Shown: positions 38,952 through 47,800 of the stretch, in pieces | Layout of the letters: the number at the start of each line of letters is the position of its first letter | How positions within the stretch are numbered: the stretch's first letter is position 1 | NCBI GenBank assembly: GCA_017453245.1 | Contig: JAFTKM010000008.1 | Coordinates: 19,017 to 83,016 of the forward strand | Reading direction: 5' to 3' | Length of the DNA stretch: 64,000 bases | Source: Clostridia bacterium | Lineage (GTDB): Bacteria > Bacillota > Clostridia > Oscillospirales > CAG-272 | The notes under the pieces: model-generated | What the model was told of the DNA's origin: nothing | Database searches by the model: none | Seen by the model: only the letters and a program-made list of their open reading frames with translations | Program-made: the position numbers and the translations under genes

Positions 38952-40053
38952 AAACGAAATACTCACAGAAGTTAATAACGAGCAGACAGAAGCTCCTCTT
39001 TACGACGATGAGGCCATAATGGCGGCTCACCGCGAGGCAAAGGAGGCACAGCGTCAGGCTGACTTCGAGAAGCCCTTTGACGAGGAGGCGCTGCTCGAGG
39101 TAAGACATCTTCGAAAGTGCTTCCCCATCAAGAAGAGCATCACCGGTAAGACTCTCCAAGAGCTTATCGCGGTGGATGACATATCCTTCAAGCTCAATCC
39201 CGGCGAGACCCTCGGTATCGTTGGTGAGTCGGGATGCGGTAAGACCACGATGGGAAGAACTATTCTCAAGCTCCATCAGCCCTCGGGCGGTCAGATCATC
39301 TTTGACGGCAAGGATATTACGAATTACACCAACAAGGAAATGAGAGATATCCGCACCAAGATGCAGATAATCTTCCAGGACCCCTACTCCTCCCTTCCTC
39401 CCCGTAGCACCGTCGGTGATATCATCTCCGAGCCCGTGCTCGTTCACGGCATCGTGCCTAAGGAGCAGGTGAAGGATTACGTGCTTGACCTTATGGATAA
39501 GTGCGGTCTGAGAGACTACTACTACGAGAGATACCCACACGAGTTCTCGGGCGGTCAGAGACAGAGAATCTGTATCGCAAGAGCCCTCTCGGTAAATCCT
39601 CAGCTTGTGGTCTGTGACGAGCCGGTTTCCGCGCTCGACGTATCTATCCAGGCGCAGATAATCAACCTTTTGAAGAGCTTACAGAAGTCGATGAACCTCA
39701 CCTACCTCTTCATTTCTCACGACCTCTCCGTAGTTAAGTTTATCTCGGATAAGATCGGCGTTATGTACCTCGGCTCTATGGTCGAGTTTGGTAACAAGAA
39801 GGACATCTTCGACAATCCCCTGCACCCCTACACTCAGGCGCTCTTCTCAGCTATCCCCGAGCCTAACCCCGACGTGAAGATGAACAGAATCGTTCTCAAG
39901 GGAGATATTCCCTCCCCCGCAAATCCTCCGAAGGGCTGTCTCTTCCATACGAGATGTCCCCACGCTACCGAAAAGTGCAAGCACGTGCCTCCGGCATACA
40001 AGGAGCACGAGCCCGGTCACTTCGCGGCGTGTCACCTTCTTAACGAGGACTAA
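38944..40053 (+). CDS. ABC transporter ATP-binding protein (OppF-like)
   Basis: [33 protein letters not shown] prefer the start MAENEIL at 38944, which overlaps the OppD-like stop. Confidence 0.9.
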   Translation: MAENEILTEVNNEQTEAPLYDDEAIMAAHREAKEAQRQADFEKPFDEEALLEVRHLRKCFPIKKSITGKTLQELIAVDDISFKLNPGETLGIVGESGCGKTTMGRTILKLHQPSGGQIIFDGKDITNYTNKEMRDIRTKMQIIFQDPYSSLPPRSTVGDIISEPVLVHGIVPKEQVKDYVLDLMDKCGLRDYYYERYPHEFSGGQRQRICIARALSVNPQLVVCDEPVSALDVSIQAQIINLLKSLQKSMNLTYLFISHDLSVVKFISDKIGVMYLGSMVEFGNKKDIFDNPLHPYTQALFSAIPEPNPDVKMNRIVLKGDIPSPANPPKGCLFHTRCPHATEKCKHVPPAYKEHEPGHFAACHLLNED

Positions 40054-40056
40054 GCG

Positions 40057-40308
40057 ATGGGAAAGAAAAAAGAAAAAAAGCCGAAGGTCAAATATATCGA
40101 CGACGGAAGAACCATTGCCGATATGTCGGGCCTTCAAGGAGTTGACAAGCGCTATACAGGTCCTAAGGGCGGCTTTAAGGCTCAGCTCAGAACCTATTGG
40201 AATACGGTGAAGCTCATGTTCGTGCCAATGATGGTCACGATAGGAATAATCACTCTCGCATTCCTTATTATGTGGATAATGTTAACTCTTAGTTACACTA
40301 TTAACTAA
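40057..40308 (+). CDS. Small membrane protein (83 aa), last gene of the Opp operon
   Basis: Basic N-terminus MGKKKEKKPKVK and one TM helix (MFVPMMVTIGIITLAFLIMWIMLTL). Lies 3 nt after the oppF-like stop. Confidence 0.5.
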   Translation: MGKKKEKKPKVKYIDDGRTIADMSGLQGVDKRYTGPKGGFKAQLRTYWNTVKLMFVPMMVTIGIITLAFLIMWIMLTLSYTIN

Positions 40309-40355
40309 AAAATTCCCCTGCGGGGCGCTCTGCCCTGCAGGGGAATCTTTATTTG
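40306..40355. terminator. Bidirectional intrinsic terminator
   Basis: AAAAAATTCCCCTGCGGGGC / GCCCTGCAGGGGAATCTTTATTT. Long GC stem flanked by an A-run and a T-run, between convergent genes. Confidence 0.7.
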
Positions 40356-40364
40356 ATTTGATTT

Positions 40365-40985
40365 TTAGGTATTCTTCATTACGATAGAGCCGACGCAATC
40401 GCTGACGTGCTCGCAGGCATCTGCGCAAGCCTCGAAGCAATCGAAGACCTTATACCAGGAAACGGTCTTAAGAACGTCGGTGGAGTTCTTGGTGAGAGCG
40501 TGCATGGTGGAGAGATAGAGCTTATCGCACTCCTCCTCAACGTCGTTGCACTCTACAACGAGAGCGTGAAGTCTCTTGGACTTCTTGAAGTTCTCAAACT
40601 CGCTCATGATCTCGCAAAGGAGATCGCAAGCCTTGACAAGGTTTCTCGCATACTCGATAGCGGCGGGCTCGATTTCCTTGATATCGTAGATGTAGAGCTT
40701 CTGGAGAACCTCCTCAAGAAGGTCGAGAACGTTGTCTAGCTGGTGGCTCATCATATCGAGGTCCTCGCGGTCAACGGGGGTAACGAAAGCCTTTGCGAGA
40801 GTCTCGTTCATCTCGTGCTTCTTTATATCAGCGCCGTGCTCGAAAACGTGCATTTCTTTAAGCATATCCTCAATCTTCTCGGGATCGTAGTTCTCAAGGC
40901 AGCTTACAAGGTATTCCGCAGCCTGCTTTGCAAGAGAGGTGCACTGCGCGAAGTTATCAAAATAGAATTTATCCGATTTAGCCAT
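40365..40985 (-). CDS. DUF47-family (PhoU-like, YkaA-type) phosphate-transport accessory protein
   Basis: 206 aa. MAKSDKFYFDNFAQ... and an all-helical profile. Immediately downstream of a PiT transporter gene, which is the conserved pairing. Confidence 0.75.
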   Translation of the reverse strand: MAKSDKFYFDNFAQCTSLAKQAAEYLVSCLENYDPEKIEDMLKEMHVFEHGADIKKHEMNETLAKAFVTPVDREDLDMMSHQLDNVLDLLEEVLQKLYIYDIKEIEPAAIEYARNLVKACDLLCEIMSEFENFKKSKRLHALVVECNDVEEECDKLYLSTMHALTKNSTDVLKTVSWYKVFDCFEACADACEHVSDCVGSIVMKNT

Positions 40986-41001
40986 TTTAGTTATTTCCTT
41001 T

Positions 41002-42054
41002 CTAGTTGAAGATTAACAAGAACAGTTTGGTAACGAGGAATGCAAGAAGTCCGCATCCCGGGAAGGTGAGTATCCAGGTCATTACCATTTCCTTTACGAC
41101 ACCGAAGTTGATAGCCGAAACTCTCTTCACCGCACCGACACCCATAATGGAGGTAGTCTTTACGTGAGTAGTGGAAACGGGCAGACCGAATACTGAGCAG
41201 AATACAAGAGACAGAGCCGATGCGATATCCGCGGAGAAGCCCTGATACTTCTCAAGCTTAACCATATCCATACCGACGGACTTGATTATCTTCTTGCCGC
41301 CGATAGCGGTTCCTGCCGCCATAACGAGCGAGCAGACTATCATAAGCCAGGTCGGAATAGCAAAGCTGGCCGCGGCGACTCCCGCGCCCTCGAGAGTGAA
41401 GACACAAAGAAGTATGATACCCATAAACTTCTGTCCGTCCTGAGCGCCGTGCATAAATGCCATTGCCGCCGCGCCCGCTATCTGCGCGCCCTTGAAGAAG
41501 GGCTCAGTCTTGGGACGGTCCATATTAAAGCATATCCTGGTCACAAGCTTGCAAATCAGCCAAGCAAGACCAAAGCCGAGAACAACCGAGATAACGATAC
41601 CGTAAACGACCTTCATCCACTCGCTGAGAACCACCGCGCCGAGTCCGTTAAGTGCCATTGCTCCACCGGTAAGACCTGCTATAAGCGCGTGGCTCTCACT
41701 AGTGGGGATACCAAACGCCCAGGCTAAGGTCGCCCAGATAACTATCGCGAGCATTGCGGCGCAAAGAACGATAATTACGGTACGCTCGGGGTTGTCACCG
41801 AAGTTGACCATACGGGTGATTGTGACCGCAACCTCGTTGCTGATCTTAGTCATAACGAACACGCCAAGGAAGTTAAACACCGCCGCCATAAGTATCGCCG
41901 CCTTAGGTGGCATACATCTGGTTACGACGCAGGTCGCGATGGCGTTAGGGGCGTCCGTCCAGCCGTTTACCAGAATAACGCCGAGTGTGAGCGTTACCGC
42001 GATAAACAGAAGAGGATTGGCCGTCATCTGTTGCCAAAATTCTAAAAATTCCAT
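41002..42054 (-). CDS. pit: Inorganic phosphate transporter, PiT family
   Basis: 350 aa. NGWTDAPNAIAT, FGIPTSESHALIG-like (FGIPTSESHALIAG) and LPVSTTHV motifs. Confidence 0.85.
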   Translation of the reverse strand: MEFLEFWQQMTANPLLFIAVTLTLGVILVNGWTDAPNAIATCVVTRCMPPKAAILMAAVFNFLGVFVMTKISNEVAVTITRMVNFGDNPERTVIIVLCAAMLAIVIWATLAWAFGIPTSESHALIAGLTGGAMALNGLGAVVLSEWMKVVYGIVISVVLGFGLAWLICKLVTRICFNMDRPKTEPFFKGAQIAGAAAMAFMHGAQDGQKFMGIILLCVFTLEGAGVAAASFAIPTWLMIVCSLVMAAGTAIGGKKIIKSVGMDMVKLEKYQGFSADIASALSLVFCSVFGLPVSTTHVKTTSIMGVGAVKRVSAINFGVVKEMVMTWILTFPGCGLLAFLVTKLFLLIFN

Positions 42055-42127
42055 AGTATTCCTTTCTTTATAGTCCGCGGGACATTCTCCCGCTTTTTAA
42101 AAAACAGATCACTAATTAAAGTATTTG

Positions 42128-42937
42128 CTAATTATTATTTACAATATCCAGATTTCTCTCAACGGTTTTTCTTCCGCGCCAGGCAAACGCCCTCTTAAGA
42201 AACGCAGGCTTGTCCATAGCGTCAAGAAGACCTCGGGTGAGATACGGAATACGGTCGCGGTGGAAAAATTCTATCGGTGTCACCATCGGCTCGCGGTTGT
42301 AGGGACAAGAGCTCTGGCAGAGGTCACAGCCCCAAGCGGTGTTGTACTTGCGCATAAGGTCGGCTTCCGCCGCGGTGAGCTCACCCTTTCGCTGAGTTAT
42401 AGCGCTGAGGCAATCACTTTCCTCTCCCCTGAGGCTACCCGTCGGGCAGGCTCTCTTACAAGAGCCGCAATGCAGGCAATGCTCAACCTCGCGCGGCAAG
42501 ACCGCGCCAAGCTCCTCGGGTGGGACGTCTGTGATAACGTCGCCGATAAAAACGTATGAGCCGTATTTCTCATTGATGATAAGTCCGTTGTCGCCGATAA
42601 TGCCTAGCCCTGCGCGGAGCGCGGCGCCAACCTCATCGATCGGGCTGTGGTCTCCGTAGCCCTTGGCGTGTACGTCGGGACGTAGCTCACGAAGAGCCGA
42701 GATAAGTCCGTCTGCGCACTCACGGAGCGCAAGATGATAATCAAGCGATGCCGCATAGCGCGAGATATTCACCGTCTCGCCCGTATAATAAGGCAAGAGG
42801 TACAGTATAACGCTGCGGGGCGTGAAGTCCTCGCGCGACATTATGCCGGGGTTGATCTCTCTGCAATCCGAGTAGGAGAGCACGGCGTAAAATTCGACGC
42901 CGAAGGACTCAAAATATCCTTTTAAAGCATTCTTCAT
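42128..42937 (-). CDS. Epoxyqueuosine-reductase-like Fe-S protein (QueG/DUF1730-type, short form)
   Basis: CLHCGSCKRACPTGSL and CDLCQSSCPYN cluster motifs, plus GLGIIGDNGLIINEKYGSYVFIG. ATG at 42937 has GGAG 8 nt upstream. The protein is shorter than canonical QueG. Confidence 0.55.
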   Translation of the reverse strand: MKNALKGYFESFGVEFYAVLSYSDCREINPGIMSREDFTPRSVILYLLPYYTGETVNISRYAASLDYHLALRECADGLISALRELRPDVHAKGYGDHSPIDEVGAALRAGLGIIGDNGLIINEKYGSYVFIGDVITDVPPEELGAVLPREVEHCLHCGSCKRACPTGSLRGEESDCLSAITQRKGELTAAEADLMRKYNTAWGCDLCQSSCPYNREPMVTPIEFFHRDRIPYLTRGLLDAMDKPAFLKRAFAWRGRKTVERNLDIVNNN

Positions 42938-43108
42938 CTTACAAACTCCAAGCTTATTATTTATATAATAACACATAAAAACAAAAATTGCAATAGGGTA
43001 TATTTATATTAAAATATTGACTTTAGGTAGATTTTAATATATAATGTAAATAGCAAAATTTTGCTATATTCGGATTTTCGGTTAAAAATACGTATATAAG
43101 GAGGCTTT

Positions 43109-43825
43109 ATGTTTAATCTTAACGAAGGATTACTTGCCTATCTCTTCCCTGACGGAATGCAGCCAATCGTGCTTTTCGGCTGTCTTTTCGTCGTTCTGTG
43201 CGCTTCCTACCTTCTCGGAAGCATTAACTCTGCAATACTTATCTCAAAGGTGATATACAAGGACGATATCCGTACTCACGGCTCGGGCAACGGCGGTATG
43301 ACAAATATGCTCCGTACCTTCGGCGGCAAGGCGGCGCTTCTCACCCTCGCGGGTGACCTCGGCAAGACTGCCATAGCGATCGTTCTTGCGGGAATTGTGT
43401 TCGGCTTCGGCTACGTTGCGGGCATCTCGGTCAGCGAGTTCTGCTACTTTGCAGGTCTGTTTGCCGTGCTCGGCCATATCTTCCCCATCTACTACAAGTT
43501 CAAGGGCGGCAAGGGTGTGCTCGTCACCTCTACGATGGCGCTTATCCTCACTCCCGTCCCCTTCCTTATTCTCTTCGGCGTTTTCGCGGCGGTGTACGGA
43601 ATGTCCAAGTACATCTCCCTCGGCTCTGTGAGCGTTGCGGTGCTCTACCCCGTTGTGCTCCACGGCTACTTTGCGGTAGTCTTTGAGATGCCGATGCCCG
43701 GACTCATTGCGCTCGCGTCGATCCTTCTTGCCTGCATCATCGTATGGTGCCACAGAGAGAATCTCAAGAGAATCAGCGAAAGAACAGAGAGAAAGACTTA
43801 TTTGAGAAAGAAGAAAGATGACTAA
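43109..43825 (+). CDS. plsY: Glycerol-3-phosphate acyltransferase PlsY
   Basis: YLLGSINSAILISKVIYKDDIRTHGSGNGGMTNMLR and FKGGKGV. Confidence 0.85.
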   Translation: MFNLNEGLLAYLFPDGMQPIVLFGCLFVVLCASYLLGSINSAILISKVIYKDDIRTHGSGNGGMTNMLRTFGGKAALLTLAGDLGKTAIAIVLAGIVFGFGYVAGISVSEFCYFAGLFAVLGHIFPIYYKFKGGKGVLVTSTMALILTPVPFLILFGVFAAVYGMSKYISLGSVSVAVLYPVVLHGYFAVVFEMPMPGLIALASILLACIIVWCHRENLKRISERTERKTYLRKKKDD

Positions 43826-44990
43826 ACAGGAATCCTTTATTGAAGCTGTCAAGCTCTCCTTTGACAAGGAAGTAATAAAGAAGCTCGTCTTCTCGCGCCC
43901 TAAGGAAAGCGAGATCTCCAAGGTCTCGGCAAGGCTGGTCTTGCACAGAGGCAGGCGCATGCTCGCCTTTGAGTACAGTCTGCCCGGCAACACCGTCTCG
44001 CACAAGAACGTGGGTGAGGGTGAGCTCGAGTCCTTCCTTAGTGAGCTGCTCGGCGAATATTCACAAGCTAACCTTCTGACCACGGCGGGTGACGTCGAGT
44101 GGAAGGTGTCGAAGTCGGGCAAGGAGGCTCTCCTCGGTCAGGACAAGCTAAAGAATAAGCTTGATAGTGAGGCCGTCGGCTTTGAGGCGGCTATCGAGGC
44201 ACTTGACAACAAGAAAAATTACCTGCTTTCGGGCTCGGAGACCTTCCTCATCAAGCTCGGTATCAGCGATAAAAACGGACGCGTGCACGACAAGCGCCAG
44301 GGCAAATTCAGACAGATATGCCGCTTTCTCGAGATAGTGGAGGACGTCTATCACGAGCTCCCGAAGGACGGTGACGTGACCGTATACGACCTCTGCTGCG
44401 GAAAGAGCTACCTGAGCTTTGCGGTCTACTACTACCTCACCGAGAGAAAAGGAAGAAGAGTCAGGATGCTCGGCATCGACCTCAAGCGCGATTGCATCAA
44501 TTGGTGCTCGGAGCTTGCCTCATCGCTCGGCTACGTCGGTATGACCTTTGTCACCGATGACGTAAGAAACACACCTAAGGGTGTTACGCCCGATATGGTT
44601 ATCTCGCTCCACGCGTGCGATATAGCCACGGATATAGTTATCAACCGCGCTATGGAGCTCGGCGCTAAGGTTATACTCTCTACCCCCTGCTGCCACAGAC
44701 ACATTAACGATAAGATATCGGCAGGCGAGCTCTCCTTTGTGACCGACTACCCGCATCTTACAAACAAGCTCGGTGACGTGCTTACCGACGCTATAAGAGT
44801 CGCAAGGCTTGAGGCAGAGGGCTACTCGGTGGCGGCGCTTGAGCTTGTCGACCCCGACGATACACCCAAGAATACTCTCATCAAGGCTATAAAAAAAGGC
44901 TCTCCAAAAGAGGAAAAGAGAGCGAGATACGAGGCAATACTTGACTTTGTCCTCGGTGAGAAAAAGAATGAATACCTAAAGAACATTTGA
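43818..44990 (+). CDS. Class I SAM-dependent methyltransferase (390 aa)
   Basis: VYDLCCGKSYLSF (motif I-like) and VISLHACDIATD. Overlaps the plsY stop. Confidence 0.65.
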   Translation: MTKQESFIEAVKLSFDKEVIKKLVFSRPKESEISKVSARLVLHRGRRMLAFEYSLPGNTVSHKNVGEGELESFLSELLGEYSQANLLTTAGDVEWKVSKSGKEALLGQDKLKNKLDSEAVGFEAAIEALDNKKNYLLSGSETFLIKLGISDKNGRVHDKRQGKFRQICRFLEIVEDVYHELPKDGDVTVYDLCCGKSYLSFAVYYYLTERKGRRVRMLGIDLKRDCINWCSELASSLGYVGMTFVTDDVRNTPKGVTPDMVISLHACDIATDIVINRAMELGAKVILSTPCCHRHINDKISAGELSFVTDYPHLTNKLGDVLTDAIRVARLEAEGYSVAALELVDPDDTPKNTLIKAIKKGSPKEEKRARYEAILDFVLGEKKNEYLKNI

Positions 44991-45002
44991 CGGATTTGAC
45001 AT

Positions 45003-45440
45003 ATGATTTACAGAGCAAACAGTGATGTCGAAACCGAAGCAATCGGTAAAAAACTCGCGGAAATGCTAACTAATCTTGGCAAAAAACGCGCATATATCGC
45101 CATGAGAGGCGAGATGGGCGTTGGCAAGACCGTTTTTACCAGAGGCTTTGTTTCACACTTCGGAAGGGCTAACGTAAAGAGCCCGACCTACACCATAGTA
45201 AACGAATACCGAGTCGGCGGGGTGAACATCTACCACTTCGACCTGTACAGGATCTCGGACGGGGATGACCTTGAGAGCATTGGCTACCACGAATACGTGG
45301 AGTCGGATGCCTACTCCATCGTGGAGTGGAGCGAGAGAGTGCCCGAATATATTCCCGAGGACGCTATCACGGTTACGATCTCAAGAGTGGCTGAGAATGA
45401 GGCGCTCCGTGATATAGAGATAGTTGGAGGCGCGATATGA
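45003..45440 (+). CDS. tsaE: tRNA t6A37 biosynthesis ATPase TsaE
   Basis: IAMRGEMGVGKTVFTRG, SPTYTIVNEY, HFDLYR. Confidence 0.85.
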   Translation: MIYRANSDVETEAIGKKLAEMLTNLGKKRAYIAMRGEMGVGKTVFTRGFVSHFGRANVKSPTYTIVNEYRVGGVNIYHFDLYRISDGDDLESIGYHEYVESDAYSIVEWSERVPEYIPEDAITVTISRVAENEALRDIEIVGGAI

Positions 45441-46165
45441 TCATACTTGCTTTTGACAGCACCGCAAAGGCGGCGTCGGTCGCGGTGTGCGACGGCGAGA
45501 AGCTGCTCGCAAACTACAATATAGACAACGGACTTACACAGAGTGAATTGCTCCTGCCTATGGCGGAGAATATGCTCGCGAGCCTAAAGCTCACCTTCGA
45601 CGACGTAGAGCTTCTTGCCTGCTCTGTCGGCCCCGGCTCATTCACCGGAGTGAGAATCGGCGTTGCGCTCGTTAAGGGCATCGCCTTCGGCAAGAATATC
45701 CCCTGCGTCTCGGTCTCGACTCTTGACGAGCTGGCTGAGAATCTTAAGGGACTTGAGGGTATTATCGTCCCCTGTATGGACGCAAGACGCAACCAGGTAT
45801 ATACCGCGACCTATCGCGGTAAGGACGGAGAGCTTGAAAAGCTCACCGAGGACAGAGCTATAGCAATCACAGAGCTTGCAGAGGAGCTTGGAGAATACGG
45901 TGACACACCGATATACCTCTCGGGCGACGGCTACGACGTGGCAAAGCGAGGACTTGAGTCAGCGGGCATCAAGGTAGCGAATACACCGAAGCTCCTTATC
46001 ACCGAGAATGCATACTCGGTAGCACTGATAGCAAAGAGAAAATACGAGGCGGGCGAGTATGGCACAGACCTTGAGATAGCGCCCACCTACCTACGTATGC
46101 CGCAGGCTGAGCGCGAGAGACTAGAAAGACTCGCGAAGGAAAAAGAAGAACAGAACAAGGAATAA
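45437..46165 (+). CDS. tsaB: tRNA t6A37 biosynthesis protein TsaB
   Basis: ILAFDSTAKAASVAV and VGPGSFTGVRIGVALVKG. Overlaps the tsaE stop. Confidence 0.85.
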   Translation: MIILAFDSTAKAASVAVCDGEKLLANYNIDNGLTQSELLLPMAENMLASLKLTFDDVELLACSVGPGSFTGVRIGVALVKGIAFGKNIPCVSVSTLDELAENLKGLEGIIVPCMDARRNQVYTATYRGKDGELEKLTEDRAIAITELAEELGEYGDTPIYLSGDGYDVAKRGLESAGIKVANTPKLLITENAYSVALIAKRKYEAGEYGTDLEIAPTYLRMPQAERERLERLAKEKEEQNKE

Positions 46166-46188
46166 GAATAACAAGTGAGGTAAATAAA

Positions 46189-46644
46189 ATGGAAAAGAGA
46201 AAGATCTACATCGGCGCTGACTCAGCGGGCTACACACTCAAATGCGAGGTTATTCCCTACCTCGAGGAAAAGGGCTACGAGGTCGTTGACTGCGGCACGG
46301 ACAGCGCGGCATCCTGCCACTATCCCCTCTTTGCAAACGCGGTATGCGAGAAGGTAAAGGAGGACCTTGACGGCTCCTTCGGTATTCTCATCTGCGGCAC
46401 GGGTATCGGTATGTCGATGTGCGCAAACAAGCACAAGGGCATCCGCGCGGCGCTCTGCTCGGACACCTACTCGGCAAAGATGACCAGACTCCACAACAAC
46501 GCTAACGTCCTCTGTATGGGCGCGAGAGTTATCGGCTCCTGCCTCGCTCTTGACATCATCGACTCCTTCCTTTCTCACGGCTTCGAGGGCGGCAGACACG
46601 GCCTCAGAGTCGATATGATGATGGACATCGAAAGCCAAAATTAA
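46189..46644 (+). CDS. rpiB: Ribose-5-phosphate isomerase B
   Basis: 151 aa. KIYIGADSAGYTLK, ILICGTGIGMSMCANK, ARV(I)G. Confidence 0.85.
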   Translation: MEKRKIYIGADSAGYTLKCEVIPYLEEKGYEVVDCGTDSAASCHYPLFANAVCEKVKEDLDGSFGILICGTGIGMSMCANKHKGIRAALCSDTYSAKMTRLHNNANVLCMGARVIGSCLALDIIDSFLSHGFEGGRHGLRVDMMMDIESQN

Positions 46645-46858
46645 TTTTGGCTCCAAATCTTTGATTTGGTAACGATTTGTCAAAATCGTCGATTCAAGCT
46701 TCAATGACTGCGTTCAAAAAGACGTCAAGACTTTTTACAGGTTGATTCATCAGCCGACGGAAAAACACAGTTTTTCCCGTATGGCGTTAGTCATTATGAT
46801 GAAGATCAAAAACAAGGGATTGACTTTAATTCAGCCCATATCCACACTACTATATTTT

Positions 46859-46898
46859 AAAAGCACTATGGACGTTTTGCAGTTCATAGTGCTTTTTT
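46859..46898. terminator. Intrinsic terminator between convergent rpiB and the mecA-like gene
   Basis: AAAAGCACTATG / CATAGTGCTTTTTT. Confidence 0.6.
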
Positions 46899-46940
46899 AG
46901 CTTTATTTTGTCAACTTTTGTTGTAATTTTGAGTAGTTAA

Positions 46941-47552
46941 CTAAAAATCCTCGGATATAATTCTATCGATGGTATTTTCGCTTATCAAGAGTCTGCCGTA
47001 CTCAGCGAGAACGTGGATAGGCAGGTCCTTGAGCCTCTCTGCGTACTCTATCAAGACCTCGTGGTCGGATATGCCGTTGACTATCCCCTCCTCAAGGCTT
47101 ATGTAATACTGACCGACGTCGTCAACGTAAAGAGAGCATTCGGGCTTCTCCCCCGCGATAGCTCTTGCGGCGACTATAAGCTCCTCCCTCGAGGAAAAGC
47201 GGTATATCCCGCGCCTATGCTCAAGAGTTGATAATCCGTCCGCCAGGCGGAGCGCCGCCCTATCCTTACCCGAGAGTCCCGTGAGCTTTGTGACGAATAT
47301 CTCACACTCGCCGCTTGGCAAGGGATATAGCTGAACAAGTATCTTTTCGCTCGTCACAGAGAAGCCGCACCTCTCCTCCGCAAGCAGTATTATATCTCTC
47401 ATTACACCCTTTATCTCGCCGCGAGTGAAGTCGGTTTTCGTAGTATCTATTCCATACCTCAGGCACTCACCGGACGTCAGGGTGACCTTAAGCTTTGTAT
47501 CTCCAATATTCAAAAATTCCAATATACTTACCTCTCTTTTTCCTATATCCAT
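46941..47552 (-). CDS. MecA-family adaptor protein (Clp adaptor)-like
   Basis: 203 aa. The pattern resembles MecA: LKVTLT..., ILVQLYPLPSGECEIFVTKL, then a C-terminal IYRFSSREELIVAARAI...SLYVDDVGQYYISLEEG...LIEYAERL. This is a recollection-based call. Confidence 0.55.
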   Translation of the reverse strand: MDIGKREVSILEFLNIGDTKLKVTLTSGECLRYGIDTTKTDFTRGEIKGVMRDIILLAEERCGFSVTSEKILVQLYPLPSGECEIFVTKLTGLSGKDRAALRLADGLSTLEHRRGIYRFSSREELIVAARAIAGEKPECSLYVDDVGQYYISLEEGIVNGISDHEVLIEYAERLKDLPIHVLAEYGRLLISENTIDRIISEDF

Positions 47553-47660
47553 TGTACTCTATTTTATCAAAGAATGATACAGGTAAGATAAGGCTCTTAA
47601 GGTTAGTTATGCCTCATTTCGCCCATTTTTCAGATATTATTCCTTTTTTGGAATAAGGTG

Positions 47661-47689
47661 TTGCTTTTTTCTCAAAAATGTGATAGAAT
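47661..47689 (+). promoter_or_regulatory. Candidate promoter of queT
   Basis: TTGCTT (47661-47666), 17-nt spacer, TGaTAGAAT (-10 at 47684-47689). Confidence 0.5.
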
Positions 47690-47696
47690 AAGTCCA

Positions 47697-47800
47697 CCTG
47701 CAAATGAACTTAGATGCCGTTTGCGTCCGGTGAGTTCGAGACCTTCCTCACCGATGGGATGCCCTGCGTCCCCAAAAAAAACAAAACTAAAGGAGAAAAA
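47697..47800 (+). ncRNA. Candidate preQ1 riboswitch in the queT leader (class uncertain: I-like 3' module, or class III given the ~100-nt length)
   Basis: GGGAUGCCCUGCGUCCCC hairpin (47756-47773) followed by AAAAAAAACAAAACUAAAGGAG, which runs into the RBS. That A-rich ...ACUAA tail is typical of preQ1-I. An upstream GGTGAG/CTCACC hairpin sits at 47729-47752. The downstream gene is QueT, a classic preQ1-regulated gene. Confidence 0.45.

Noticed and set aside
47729-47752. tRNA-like T-arm (GGTGAG TTCGAGACC... CTCACC)
   Set aside because: The loop is 12 nt, and there is no acceptor, D or anticodon arm around it. It lies inside the queT leader and is better read as a leader hairpin.
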